In this document: in pieces, positions 1 through 8,812 of the stretch
Layout of the letters: each line of letters starts with the position of its first letter
Position numbering within the stretch: the first letter of the stretch is position 1
Assembly (NCBI GenBank): GCA_044355765.1
Contig: JBIKXN010000001.1
Coordinates: forward strand, 1 to 33,455
DNA from: Alphaproteobacteria bacterium
Lineage (GTDB): Bacteria > Pseudomonadota > Alphaproteobacteria > CACIAM-22H2
Direction of reading: 5' to 3'
DNA: 33,455 nt
The notes under the pieces: model-generated
What the model was told of the DNA's origin: nothing
The model's input: the letters and a program-made list of their open reading frames with translations, nothing else
Databases searched by the model: none
Position numbers and translations under genes: made by a program

Positions 1-1150
1 GAAGATCTCCTCGCGGCTGATGCGCATCGCGTTGGTCGCCTCGGTGAACAGCGCGGGCGCGAGATAGAAGCCCGGCGTGGCGCGGTTGAGGAGTTGGCCG
101 CCGGAGACGAGCTTCGCGCCTTCCTGTGTGCCGATGCGGATGTAGTCGAGGTCCTGGTCGAGCTGGCTCTGGTCGACCACCGGACCGATCTGCGTCCCGG
201 CCTTGAGCGCGTCGTCGACGACCACGCCGGAAAGCCGCTCGCTCAGCGCCGCGACGAAGCGGTCATGGATGCCCTCGGTCACGATCAGGCGCGACGAGGC
301 GGTGCAGCGCTGGCCGGTCGAGAAGAACGCGCCGTTGAGGGCGCATTCGACGGCGGTCTTGAGATCGGCATCGTCGAGCACGACCAGCGGGTTCTTGCCG
401 CCCATCTCCAGCTGGAACTTCGCCATCCGGCCCGCGCAGGTGGCGGCGACATGGCGCCCGGTGGCGGCGGAGCCGGTGAAGGTGACCGCATGCACGTCGC
501 GGCTCTTGAGGATCGCCTCGCCGACGACCGAGCCGCGGCCCATGACGAGGTTGAACACGCCCTTGGGCAGGCCGGAGCGCGAGATGATCTCGGCGATCGC
601 CCAGCCGCAGCCGGGCACGAGATCGGCCGGCTTGAAGACGACGGCGTTGCCGTAGCAGAGCGCCGGCGCGATCTTCCAGGCGGGGATGGCGATCGGGAAG
701 TTCCAGGGCGTGATGATGCCGACGACACCCATCGGTTCGCGGGTCATCTCGACCTCGACGCCCGGGCGCACGGACGCGATCTTCTCGCCCGCGAGACGCA
801 GCGCCTCGCCCGCGAAGAAGGCGAAGATCTGGCTGGCGCGGATCGTTTCGCCGATGCCTTCGGCCAGGGTCTTGCCCTCTTCGCGCGACAACAGCTTTCC
901 GAGTTCGTCCTTGCGCGCGAGGATCTCGTCCGCGACCCGGCGCAGGACGTCGTGGCGCTCCTGCGGCGTCGAGCGCGCCCAGCCATGGCTGGCCGCCTTG
1001 GCTGCGGCGATCGCGTTGGCGACGTCGGCGGCGCTGGCGCGAGCGTATTCACCCACCACGTCGCCGGTGTTCGAGGGATTGACGTTGCGCGATGTTTCGG
1101 CGCTCTCGATCCAGTCGCCGGCGATGAAGTTCGCGAATTGCTTGCCCATG
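1..1150 (-). CDS. NAD(P)+-dependent aldehyde dehydrogenase; N-terminus complete, C-terminus runs off the window. By context possibly alpha-ketoglutaric semialdehyde (2,5-dioxovalerate) dehydrogenase-like.
   Basis: Absent from the ORF track because it has no in-window stop. My translation of the minus strand from the ATG at 1150..1148 gives MGKQFANFIAGDWIESAETSRNVNPSNTGDVVGEYARAS...GIITPWNFPIAIPAWKIAPALCYGNAVVFKPA...LEMGGKNP...FFSTGQRCTASSRLIV. These are the ALDH catalytic Glu and Cys motifs. A GGAG lies 7 nt upstream of the ATG. The gene follows the enolase-family gene on the same strand, 33 nt downstream. Confidence 0.85.
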
Positions 1151-1183
1151 CTCCGTCTCCTGCGGTGATTCGATGCCGCGGCG

Positions 1184-2371
1184 TCAAATCGCCGGCGTGC
1201 GGTAGAGGACCTTGCCGCCGACCTTGATCTCGACATCGAGCAGGTACGGCTTGAAGCGCTTGGTGTCGACGGTCATGCCCAGGCCCGGCTTCTCGGGCAG
1301 ACGGACCATGCCGTCGGCGCCGCGGTCCAGACGTTCGACCGTGATGGCGTAGGCGACGTCGCGCGCTTCCATCGGATATTCGCAGATCTCGTCCTTCTCG
1401 ATGCCGGCGAAAGGCTGGATCGAGCCGTTGAGCGCAAGCTGCGACTGGAAGGAGTGGTTGACGAAGGTCACGCCCTTGGCCTGGGCGTAGTCGGCGACGC
1501 GTTTGGCGTCGGTCAGGCCACCGATGCGCCCGGCATCGACCTGCACGAAGCCGATGCCGCCATAGTCGATCATGTTGCGCGCCGTCTGCCAGTCATGCGC
1601 GCCCTCGCCGCCGGCGAGCCGCACGCGCCCGGCCGAGGCCTTCGCGAGATCGCCATAGGCGCCCAGCGCGCTGGAGATGAAGGGCTCCTCGAGCCAGGTC
1701 GCACGGGTCTTCTCCAGCGCGGGCAGGGTCTGCTTCGCGCGCTCGACATCGTCGCCCCAGATCGTGCCGGCATCGACCAGCAGGATCCCGTCCTTGCCCA
1801 TGCCCTCGCGCGCCGCGACCAGATGATCGGCGTCGTATTGCGCGTCCTTCGTGCCGAAAGGTCCCCAGCCGAATTTGGCGGCGCGAAAATTCTTCGCGGT
1901 CATGGCTCGCGCCTTCTCCAGCGTCTGCTGGGGCGTGTCGCCGAAAAGGACCGAGGCGTAAGGCAGCTTGGGATAGCATTTCTTCCAGCCCAGCAGCTTC
2001 CAGGCCGGTTCGTCGCGCAGCCGGCCAAGCAGGTCCCAGAGCGCCATGTCGACGCCCGACAGGATATGCGAGCTCTGCAGCATGTCGGCGCTGCGCGCGC
2101 GCACCCGAGCGGCGATGCGGTGGATGTCCGCGACGCTTTCCAGCGTCTCGCCCAGCACCGAATCGATCACGGGATGGCAGGCGCTGTGCGACATCGGCGC
2201 CACAAGCCCCGCGATCGAGGGCAGCGGGGCCGCTTCGCACTCGCCCCAGCCGACCTTGCCGCCGGCGGTCACCCGGACCACGCAGGCATCCTGGCTGCCG
2301 TCGCCGACATCCTCGATTGTCGGCATCGCAAGATAGAAGAAATCGACCGACTCGACCGACGTCCTTGCCAT
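1184..2371 (-). CDS. Enolase-superfamily enzyme (mandelate racemase/muconate lactonizing enzyme family), substrate unknown
   Basis: 395-aa ORF with ATG at 2371..2369. It has an N-terminal capping domain (GWGECEA) and barrel-domain metal-ligand contexts LLVDAG / WLEEP / LAGGEG, then VQVDAGRIGG...FVNHSF. Codon use is protein-like. It sits upstream of the ALDH in an apparent operon. Confidence 0.85.
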   Translation of the reverse strand: MARTSVESVDFFYLAMPTIEDVGDGSQDACVVRVTAGGKVGWGECEAAPLPSIAGLVAPMSHSACHPVIDSVLGETLESVADIHRIAARVRARSADMLQSSHILSGVDMALWDLLGRLRDEPAWKLLGWKKCYPKLPYASVLFGDTPQQTLEKARAMTAKNFRAAKFGWGPFGTKDAQYDADHLVAAREGMGKDGILLVDAGTIWGDDVERAKQTLPALEKTRATWLEEPFISSALGAYGDLAKASAGRVRLAGGEGAHDWQTARNMIDYGGIGFVQVDAGRIGGLTDAKRVADYAQAKGVTFVNHSFQSQLALNGSIQPFAGIEKDEICEYPMEARDVAYAITVERLDRGADGMVRLPEKPGLGMTVDTKRFKPYLLDVEIKVGGKVLYRTPAI

Positions 2372-2433
2372 GGCGCGCGTTTCCTCCGCATGTTTCGTCC
2401 CGGCGCCGGGTCGGGCGCGCTGGGAGGGATTCG

Positions 2434-3636
2434 ATGAAGATTACCGCAGTCGAGACGATCCAACTCGAGGAATTTCCCAACCTCATCTGGCTCCATATCC
2501 ACACGGATGCGGGGATCGTGGGCTTGGGCGAGAGCTTCTTCGGCACCGACATGACCGCGGCGTATCTGCACGGCACGGCGGCGCCGCAGCTGATCGGGCG
2601 CAATCCCCTGGAGATCGATCGCATCAGCCACGCGCTGCGCGGGCATTACCTGGGCTTCGCCGGACCGGGCGCGGAAATGCGGGGCGTGTCGGCGGTCGAC
2701 ATCGCGCTCTGGGACATCTTCGGCCAGTCCGTTGGCCATCCGATCCACCAGATGCTGGGCGGCCTCAGCCGCGAGAAGATCCGCATCTACAACACCTGCG
2801 CGGGATACCAGTATGTGCGTTCCAGCAAGGGTCAGCTGACCACGAATTTCGGTCTCGCCAGCAAGGCCGGTCCCTACGAGGATCTCGACGCCTTCCTCAA
2901 CCGCGCCGACGAACTCGCTCATTCCCTGCTCGAGCAGGGCATCACGGCGATGAAGATCTGGCCGTTCGACTACGCGGCCGAGGCCACCAATGGCTGCTAT
3001 CTCGGCGCCGAGCATCTGGCGCGCGCGATCTCGCCTTTCGAGAAGATCCGCAAGGCGGTCGGCAATCGCGTGGACGTGATGCTGGAGATGCACTCGCTGT
3101 GGAACCTGACCGGCGCCAAGCAGGTGTTTCGCGCGGTCGAGCCTTTCGAGCCCTTCTGGTTCGAGGACCCCGTCAAGATGAACAATCTCGACGCGGTCGC
3201 CGAACTGGCCCAGTTCACCCGCGTGCCGATCACCGCCAGCGAGACGCTGGCCACGCGTTTCGCCTTCCGCGAACTGATGGCGAAGAAGGCGGCGGGGATC
3301 GTGATGCTCGACCTCGCCTGGTGCGGCGGGCTCAGCGAGGCGAAGAAGATCGCGACGATGGCCGAGGCCCATCACCTTCCGGTCGCGCCGCATGACTGCA
3401 CCGGCCCCATCACGCTGATCTCGTCGATTCACCTGTCGATGAACTGTCCGAACGCGCTGATCCAGGAGACGGTGCGCGCCTATTACACCGGCTGGTACAA
3501 GGAACTCGTTACGGACCTGCCGCGGATCGAGAACGGCTACGTGTATCCGATGGCAAAACCCGGTCTCGGCACGCGGCTGCTGCCGGATATCGGGCGGCGC
3601 AAGGACGCGCTGGTCCGGCGGACCGACAGCGTCTGA
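2434..3636 (+). CDS. Enolase-superfamily dehydratase-like enzyme (mandelate racemase/muconate lactonizing enzyme family)
   Basis: Real start taken at ATG 2434 (MKITAVETIQLEEFPNLIWLHIHTDAGIVGLGESFFG), preceded by GGGAGGGA at 2422-2429. The track ORF start at 2317 adds an Arg/Pro-rich non-protein-like leader. Metal-ligand contexts are RVDVMLEMH / FWFEDP / ITASETL, plus LPVAPHDCTGP. Confidence 0.85.
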   Translation: MKITAVETIQLEEFPNLIWLHIHTDAGIVGLGESFFGTDMTAAYLHGTAAPQLIGRNPLEIDRISHALRGHYLGFAGPGAEMRGVSAVDIALWDIFGQSVGHPIHQMLGGLSREKIRIYNTCAGYQYVRSSKGQLTTNFGLASKAGPYEDLDAFLNRADELAHSLLEQGITAMKIWPFDYAAEATNGCYLGAEHLARAISPFEKIRKAVGNRVDVMLEMHSLWNLTGAKQVFRAVEPFEPFWFEDPVKMNNLDAVAELAQFTRVPITASETLATRFAFRELMAKKAAGIVMLDLAWCGGLSEAKKIATMAEAHHLPVAPHDCTGPITLISSIHLSMNCPNALIQETVRAYYTGWYKELVTDLPRIENGYVYPMAKPGLGTRLLPDIGRRKDALVRRTDSV

Positions 3637-3658
3637 TCGCGGCCGGCGGCGGTCGTCG

Positions 3659-4720
3659 TCAGGCCGCCCGCAGCGCGGCTAGGTCGAGCGCCAGCAGGCG
3701 CTGCGCTTCGCCGCGCCGGTCGCGCAGCGCGAGTTCGATCTGCCCTGCGGACCAGTCCACGCCGACGGTGCCGAAGTTGATTTCGCCCAGCGTCTCGCCC
3801 AGGCGGTTGGGACCGGGCTCGGCGGAGCGATAGGATTTGGTCAGTCCGCTCGACGTCATCTCGTGCAATGGATAGGGAACGTCGTCGGCTTGGCGGTAGA
3901 ACGCGCCGAGATGCCGGTCGCCCGACAGGAAGACGACGCCCGAAGCGCGGGTCGCCGCGATCAGATCCAGGAGCCGGGCGCGCTCGCGCGGCAGATTGCC
4001 CCAGCGCTCCCATCCATGGCCTTCGGCGAGCACCTGGATCGACGAGACGATCAGCCGCAATTCGGCGGGCCGCCGCAACTGCTCTTCCAGCCAGGTCCAC
4101 TGCGCGTCGCCAAGCATCGTCTTCGCCGCGTCGTCGTCCGGGACATAGCGCTCGCGCCCAGGCGCGCCGAAGCGGTCCGTCCGGCGCAGCTTGGACCGAA
4201 ACCAGCGCGTGTCGAGAAGGACGATCTGCGTGCGCCGGCCAGGCGGTCCGAAGACCGCGGCGTGGTGAAGCCCCTCGCGCCGACGCCGCGGATCGTCGCG
4301 TGCGACGCGCCAGAACTCGCAGAACAGGTCCTTACTCTGCTGCTTCCAGGGAAATTCCGCGCCCGCGTCGTTGCGGCCGTAGTCGTGGTCGTCCCAGATC
4401 GCCAGCATCGGCACATCGCGCTTCATCCGCGCGAAGCCCGGATTCGCCTCGGCCCTGTCGTAGGCGGCGCGCAATTCGCGCAGCGCTGCGGACCGCGAGT
4501 CGCCGTAGACGTTGTCGCCACCCATCACCATCACCTCGGGCCGCCAGGCGTGGATGGCACTCCAGATGCCCTGGTCCTCCTCCTGGTGGCAGCATGAGCC
4601 GAAGGCGATGCGACGCAGCGGGGGCCCCGCCGCATCCGCGCGGGTCGCCGCCGCCAGCGGCGCGACGAGCGCGGTGGCGAGAAGGGTACGGCGGCGCGGC
4701 GCGAATCGGGGCCGAAGCAT
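3659..4720 (-). CDS. PhoD-like metallophosphatase (alkaline phosphatase D family) with twin-arginine signal peptide
   Basis: Start chosen at ATG 4720..4718, giving MLRPRFAPRRRTLLATALVAPLAAATRADAAG (RRR + hydrophobic stretch + A-x-A, Tat-like). Metallophosphoesterase motifs are GGDNVYGD and AIWDDHDYGRNDAG. The 88 residues upstream in the track ORF are not protein-like. Confidence 0.8.
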   Translation of the reverse strand: MLRPRFAPRRRTLLATALVAPLAAATRADAAGPPLRRIAFGSCCHQEEDQGIWSAIHAWRPEVMVMGGDNVYGDSRSAALRELRAAYDRAEANPGFARMKRDVPMLAIWDDHDYGRNDAGAEFPWKQQSKDLFCEFWRVARDDPRRRREGLHHAAVFGPPGRRTQIVLLDTRWFRSKLRRTDRFGAPGRERYVPDDDAAKTMLGDAQWTWLEEQLRRPAELRLIVSSIQVLAEGHGWERWGNLPRERARLLDLIAATRASGVVFLSGDRHLGAFYRQADDVPYPLHEMTSSGLTKSYRSAEPGPNRLGETLGEINFGTVGVDWSAGQIELALRDRRGEAQRLLALDLAALRAA

Positions 4721-4793
4721 GGCGGAATCTTCGCAGTCGGTAGCATGCTGCGCTAGTCTGGATCGGACAAGAACGTTCCCACGGGAGAAACGC

Positions 4794-5990
4794 ATGCCCA
4801 AGCCGACCGCCAGGCCCGCCGCGCGCGCGGGCCGCAAGGATTGCCGCGTGACGCGCATCGACGTCCATGTCGTGGACGCGCGGTGGCGCAACTTCGTGTT
4901 CGCGCATGTCCATACCGACGACGGCATCTCGGGAATCGGCGAAGGCTCGTGCGAATTCCAGCCGCAGATGGTCGCCGCGGGCATCGAGATGCTGGCGCAC
5001 CGCGTCGTCGTCGGGCAGTCGGCGTTCCAGATCGAGAAGCTCTGGCAGGAGATGTTCCGTAACGAATTCGCGCGCGGCAGCCCCTACCTGAATAGCGCCA
5101 TCGGCGCGATCGAGCAGGCGCTGTGGGACATCGTCGGCAAGGCCGTCGGCCGGCCGGTCTACGATCTGCTCGGCGGACGCATCCACGCCACGCTGCCGGC
5201 CTATGCCAATGCCTGGTACGGGGCCGGATCCAGCATCAAGGACATCGCCCGGGCGGCCAAGGCGGTGGCGAAGAAGGGCTATCGCGGGATGAAGCTCGAT
5301 CCCTTCGTCAATGCCGGGCGCGATCCCGATTCGCGGACGGTCGCCAACGCGGTCGAGATCATCGGCGCGGTACGCGAAGCGATCGGACCGCATGTCGAGA
5401 TCCTGATCGACTGCCACGGCCGCTTCAGCCCGGGCAGCGCGATCGCGATCGCCCAGGCGCTCGAGCCCTTCAATCTCTACTGGTTCGAGGAGCCCTGCGA
5501 TCCCGAGAATGTCGGCGCGCTGCAGAAGATCGGCCGTTCGATAAAGACGCGCCTGGCGACGGGCGAACGCTGCTACACCAAGTACCATCTGCAGTCGTTG
5601 CTGGCGACCAACGACGTCGACGTGCTGCAGCCCGACATCATCCATGTCGGCGGCATCCTGGAGTCGAAGAAGATCGCCGCGATAGCCGACGCAGCCTACA
5701 TCCCCGTGTCCTTCCACAATCCGTTCGGTCCGGTGGCGACGGCGGCCGCGGTGCAGCTCGACGCCTGCACGACCAACATCATCATGCAGGAGTCGTTCTG
5801 CGAGTATTGCGTGCCCTGGCGCTTCGACCTGCTGGAGCACGCGCCGCGCCCGGTCGGCGGGCATTACGAATTTCCCGACCGGCCGGGGCTCGGGGTCGGC
5901 GAGTTCAACGTCGAGGTCGCCAAGGCGCATCCCTACAACAAGGACGCGTTCCTGCCGATGTGGACCGAGGCGTGGGCGCGCAAGTTCTGA
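4794..5990 (+). CDS. Enolase-superfamily dehydratase, D-galactonate-dehydratase-like (acid-sugar dehydratase family)
   Basis: Start at ATG 4794 (MPKPTARPAARAGRKDCRVTRIDVHVVDARWRNFVFAHVHTDDGISGIGEG), with GGGAGA at 4783-4788. Supporting motifs are AIEQALWDIVGKAVGRPVYDLLGG and the metal-ligand contexts ILIDCHG / YWFEEP / LATGERC, plus IPVSFHNPFGP. Confidence 0.85.
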   Translation: MPKPTARPAARAGRKDCRVTRIDVHVVDARWRNFVFAHVHTDDGISGIGEGSCEFQPQMVAAGIEMLAHRVVVGQSAFQIEKLWQEMFRNEFARGSPYLNSAIGAIEQALWDIVGKAVGRPVYDLLGGRIHATLPAYANAWYGAGSSIKDIARAAKAVAKKGYRGMKLDPFVNAGRDPDSRTVANAVEIIGAVREAIGPHVEILIDCHGRFSPGSAIAIAQALEPFNLYWFEEPCDPENVGALQKIGRSIKTRLATGERCYTKYHLQSLLATNDVDVLQPDIIHVGGILESKKIAAIADAAYIPVSFHNPFGPVATAAAVQLDACTTNIIMQESFCEYCVPWRFDLLEHAPRPVGGHYEFPDRPGLGVGEFNVEVAKAHPYNKDAFLPMWTEAWARKF

Positions 5991-6024
5991 ACCCGTCGCT
6001 GCGCCGTGCCGCCAGGTGCGAGGT

Positions 6025-6052
6025 TTGACCGCGCCGCGCGCGGCCCGATACT
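6025..6052 (+). promoter_or_regulatory. Candidate sigma70-type promoter for the 2-hydroxyacid dehydrogenase/aldolase/SDR unit
   Basis: TTGACC (6025-6030), a 16-nt spacer, then GATACT (6047-6052). It lies about 50 nt upstream of ATG 6102, in the 111-nt gap after the dehydratase gene. This is a pattern match only. Confidence 0.2.
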
Positions 6053-6101
6053 CTGCGTCGGCTACGCGCCGGCGTGGCCATCCGACCCGTCGAGGACCAA
6101 G

Positions 6102-7124
6102 ATGACGAAGCTGCGTGTCGCGATTTCCAGGGACGTCGTCAGCGCGGAAGGACCGCCGATCTACGATCCGGCTGTGTTGTCGCTGCTCGATCATCCGCGC
6201 ATCGAGTGGAGCTATCTGTCCGGGCATCTGGCCGAGATCACCGCCGATTTCGCCGCACGCTACGACGTGCTATGCGCGATGGTGGAGCGCGTCGGTGCGG
6301 CAAGCCTCGGGCGGGCCGACCAGCGCCTGCGGCTCGTGTCGCGCTTCGGCGTCGGCTACGACGCGATCGACGTCCCGGCCTGCACTGCGAACGGCGTGCT
6401 GCTCAACATCGCGCCCGACGGCGTGCGCAGGCCGGTCGCGACCAACGTGATCACCTTCGTCCTGGCGCTGGCGCAGAAGCTGTTCCTCAAGGACCGTCTG
6501 ACCCGCACCGGACGCTGGGCGGAGAAGACCAGCCACATGGGGATGGGTCTGACCGGCAGGACGCTGGGCCTGATCGGGGTCGGCAATATCGGCGCCGAGG
6601 TATTCCGTCTCGCCGGGCCCTTCGAGATGAAGCACATCGCCTACGATCCCTACGCCGATCCCAGGCAGTTCTCCGGTCTCGACGTCGAACTGGTTCCGAC
6701 GCTCGACGACCTGATGCGCCGCGCCGACTTCGTCTCGGTCAACTGCCCGCTCAGCGCCGCGACGCGTGGTCTGATCGGCGCGCGCGAGATCGCGCTGATG
6801 AAGCCGACCGCGTACATCATCAACACCGCGCGCGGTCCGATCATCCAGGAGAAGGCGCTCTACGAGGCGCTCGCCGCGGGTCGTATCGCCGGCGCCGGGC
6901 TCGACGTCTTCGAGGTCGAACCGACGCCGGTCGACAACCCGATCCTGGCGCTGGACAACGTCATCGTGACCCCGCACGGGCTCTGCTACACGGACGAGTG
7001 CTTCACCGGCATCGCCCGCAACACCTTCGAGGCTGTGCGCGCGCTCGCCGACGGCGTGGCGCCCCGCTACCTCGTCGATCGCGACGCTCTGCGGCATCCG
7101 GCGCTTTCCCATCTCTCTGTCTGA
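6102..7124 (+). CDS. D-isomer-specific 2-hydroxyacid dehydrogenase family protein
   Basis: Start at ATG 6102 (MTKLRVAISRD), with GAGGA upstream. Rossmann motif GLIGVGNIGAEV, then INTARGPIIQEKALYEAL..GAGLDVFEVEP...VTPHG (catalytic His context). Confidence 0.85.
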   Translation: MTKLRVAISRDVVSAEGPPIYDPAVLSLLDHPRIEWSYLSGHLAEITADFAARYDVLCAMVERVGAASLGRADQRLRLVSRFGVGYDAIDVPACTANGVLLNIAPDGVRRPVATNVITFVLALAQKLFLKDRLTRTGRWAEKTSHMGMGLTGRTLGLIGVGNIGAEVFRLAGPFEMKHIAYDPYADPRQFSGLDVELVPTLDDLMRRADFVSVNCPLSAATRGLIGAREIALMKPTAYIINTARGPIIQEKALYEALAAGRIAGAGLDVFEVEPTPVDNPILALDNVIVTPHGLCYTDECFTGIARNTFEAVRALADGVAPRYLVDRDALRHPALSHLSV

Positions 7125-7135
7125 AAGAGGCTTCC

Positions 7136-7984
7136 ATGCGCGACAATCCGGTCAAGGCCAAGATCACCGCCGGCGGCAATTCCTTCGGCGCGATGATCTT
7201 CGAGTTCTTTACCCCCGGCATCGCCCAGATCTGCAAGGCGGCGGGCGCCGAGTTCATCCTCTACGACATGGAGCACACGGCGATCAGCACCGAGACGCTG
7301 CGCCAGCAATTTGCGCTCTGCCGCGGTCTGGGGATCGTGCCGCTGGTGCGCGTGCCGACAACCGAATACGACTTCATCGCGCGCATGCTCGATGTCGGCG
7401 CGATGGGCATCATGGTGCCGATGGTCGATACCGCCGAACAGGCCGCCTTCATCGCGTCCTGCTGCAAGTATCCGCCGGTCGGCCGGCGCGGGGCGGCGTT
7501 CGGCGTCGGTCACGACGATTTCACCGGTGGTTCGGTGCTCGACAAGATGAAGGCGGGCAACGAGCGTACGCTCGTCATCTGCCAGATCGAGACCGCGAAG
7601 GGGGCCGAGAACTGCGATGCGATCGCGGCTGTGCCGGGCGTCGACGTCCTCTGGCTCGGGCATTTCGACCTGACGAATTTCATGGGTATCCCCGCGCAGT
7701 TCGACAACCCGCGCTATCTCAAGGCGGTCGACGACGTCGTGAGCGCCTGCGATCGCCACGGCAAGACCCCTGCCTTCATGGCGGCGGACCAGAAATGGAT
7801 GAAGGACTACCTGGCCAAGGGATTCCGGCTCATGGCCTATGGGGTGGATATCGGGATCTTCCAGAACGCGTTGGCCCAGGGCATCGACTTCATGCGCGCG
7901 AACGCCGCGCCGGCGCGGCCCGGGCCGAAGGTCAAGGCCAAGTCCAAGGCGAAGCCGAAGCCGAAGCCCAAGGCGGGGAAGTGA
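7136..7984 (+). CDS. HpcH/HpaI-family 2-keto-3-deoxy-acid aldolase with a Lys-rich C-terminal tail
   Basis: ATG 7136 lies 11 nt after the stop of the upstream gene, with AAGAGG at 7125-7130. Family-typical segments are FILYDMEHTA, VRVP, DVGAMGIMVPMVDTAEQA, YPPVGRRG, ICQIETAKG and VDVLWLGHFDL. The C-terminus is PKVKAKSKAKPKPKPKAGK. Confidence 0.85.
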   Translation: MRDNPVKAKITAGGNSFGAMIFEFFTPGIAQICKAAGAEFILYDMEHTAISTETLRQQFALCRGLGIVPLVRVPTTEYDFIARMLDVGAMGIMVPMVDTAEQAAFIASCCKYPPVGRRGAAFGVGHDDFTGGSVLDKMKAGNERTLVICQIETAKGAENCDAIAAVPGVDVLWLGHFDLTNFMGIPAQFDNPRYLKAVDDVVSACDRHGKTPAFMAADQKWMKDYLAKGFRLMAYGVDIGIFQNALAQGIDFMRANAAPARPGPKVKAKSKAKPKPKPKAGK

Positions 7985-8727
7985 CTGGGGTCCTGATCGT
8001 CACGGGCGCGTCGCGCGGCATCGGAGCTGCCGCGGCGCGCATCGCGGCGCGGGAAGGTTTCGCGGTCTGCCTCAACGCGGCGCGCAGCGTCGCCGCCGCC
8101 GAAGCGATCGCGGCGGAGATCCGGACGGCGGGTGGCCGCGCCATCGCGGTCCAGGGCGACGTCGCGCGCCGCGAGGACGTCGTGCGTCTCTTCGCGACCT
8201 GCGATCGCGAACTGGGCGCGGCGACGGCCCTGATCAACAATGCGGCCATCGTCGGCGCGCGCCGCGAGATTGCCGACGCCGATGCCGATTTCCTGCGCCG
8301 TATCTTCGCGACCAATGTCGACAGCGTCTTCTTCTGCGTCGGCGAGGCCGTCAAGCGCATGTCGACCCGCCACGGCGGAAGAGGCGGGACGATCGTCAAC
8401 ATCTCTTCGGCGGCGGCGCGCATGGGGGGCGTGCCCGGCTGGGCGGCCTATGCGGCGAGCAAGGGCGCCGTCGACGCCTTCGTCATGAACGCCGCGAAGG
8501 ATCTTGGGCCGCAGGGCGTGCGCATCTGCGGCCTGCGGCCGGGCATGACGCGCACCGAGATGCTGGAGGAGATCGGCGGCGAGGCGCGCATCCAGTCCGG
8601 CCTGTCGACGATCTCGCTCGGCCGCGCCGCGGACCCCGAGGAGATCGCCGAGGCGGCGGTCTTCCTGGCTTCCGCACGCGCCTCGTATATCCACGGCACG
8701 ACCATCGACGTGACCGGCGGACGCTAG
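7981..8727 (+). CDS. Short-chain dehydrogenase/reductase (SDR)
   Basis: GTG at 7981 overlaps the aldolase stop (GTGA). The N-terminus VTGVLIVTGASRGIG is the TGxxxGIG cofactor motif. Also present are NNAA and the catalytic YAASKGAV (YxxxK). The upstream part of track ORF 7795 lies inside the aldolase gene. The start codon is the least certain element. Confidence 0.8.
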   Translation: MTGVLIVTGASRGIGAAAARIAAREGFAVCLNAARSVAAAEAIAAEIRTAGGRAIAVQGDVARREDVVRLFATCDRELGAATALINNAAIVGARREIADADADFLRRIFATNVDSVFFCVGEAVKRMSTRHGGRGGTIVNISSAAARMGGVPGWAAYAASKGAVDAFVMNAAKDLGPQGVRICGLRPGMTRTEMLEEIGGEARIQSGLSTISLGRAADPEEIAEAAVFLASARASYIHGTTIDVTGGR

Positions 8728-8754
8728 AGCGCGTCTCGCTTTGGTGGCTGGCGT

Positions 8755-8812
8755 CGCGCGCCACGCCTCTCGTCCTGACGCTTCCTGCCCTGCGCGCGCC
8801 ACGCCGCTCGTC
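8755..8812. repeat. Imperfect 20-bp direct repeat in a 279-bp non-coding gap
   Basis: CGCGCGCCACGCCTCTCGTC (8755-8774) and CGCGCGCCACGCCGCTCGTC (8793-8812) match at 19 of 20 positions. Their start positions are 38 bp apart. Confidence 0.5.

Noticed and set aside
94-1227. A 377-aa plus-strand ORF at the left edge. Similar long antisense ORFs occur at 4332-6227 (-), 7067-7759 (-), 20094-22193 (+), 20221-21738 (-), 23744-25066 (-), 25423-26775 (-) and 31960-33114 (-).
   Set aside because: Each lies opposite a gene with clear family motifs, has low-complexity Arg/Ala/Gly/Asp composition and lacks a plausible ribosome-binding site. For 94-1227, the true gene is the minus-strand aldehyde dehydrogenase, which the track misses.
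2399-2410. The perfect 12-bp palindrome CCCGGCGCCGGG in the divergent region between the two enolase-family genes. Similar GC palindromes are AGCATGCT (4742-4749), CAGGCCGGCCTG (~11775-11786) and GGCCGCGTCGCGGCC (28847-28861).
   Set aside because: Short GC-only palindromes are expected by chance at this base composition. None has phased partners or a match to a known operator consensus. They are noted but not called as features.
2317-2433. Long N-terminal extensions implied by the ORF-track starts: 2317, 4512, 4984 (-), 6006, 6074, 7795, 10302 (-), 11690, 14177, 22475 (-), 22875 (-), 24245, 24436, 26699, 27031, 27453 and 28841
   Set aside because: The extensions overlap neighbouring genes or are Arg/Pro-rich and not protein-like. 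Internal ATG/GTG codons with upstream GGAG-like sites, or with 4-nt stop/start overlaps, give N-termini typical of each family.
3637-3658. Intrinsic terminators in the convergent gap 3637-3658, and at 8866-8879
   Set aside because: Only short stems without U-tracts are visible. Canonical intrinsic terminators cannot be asserted from this sequence.
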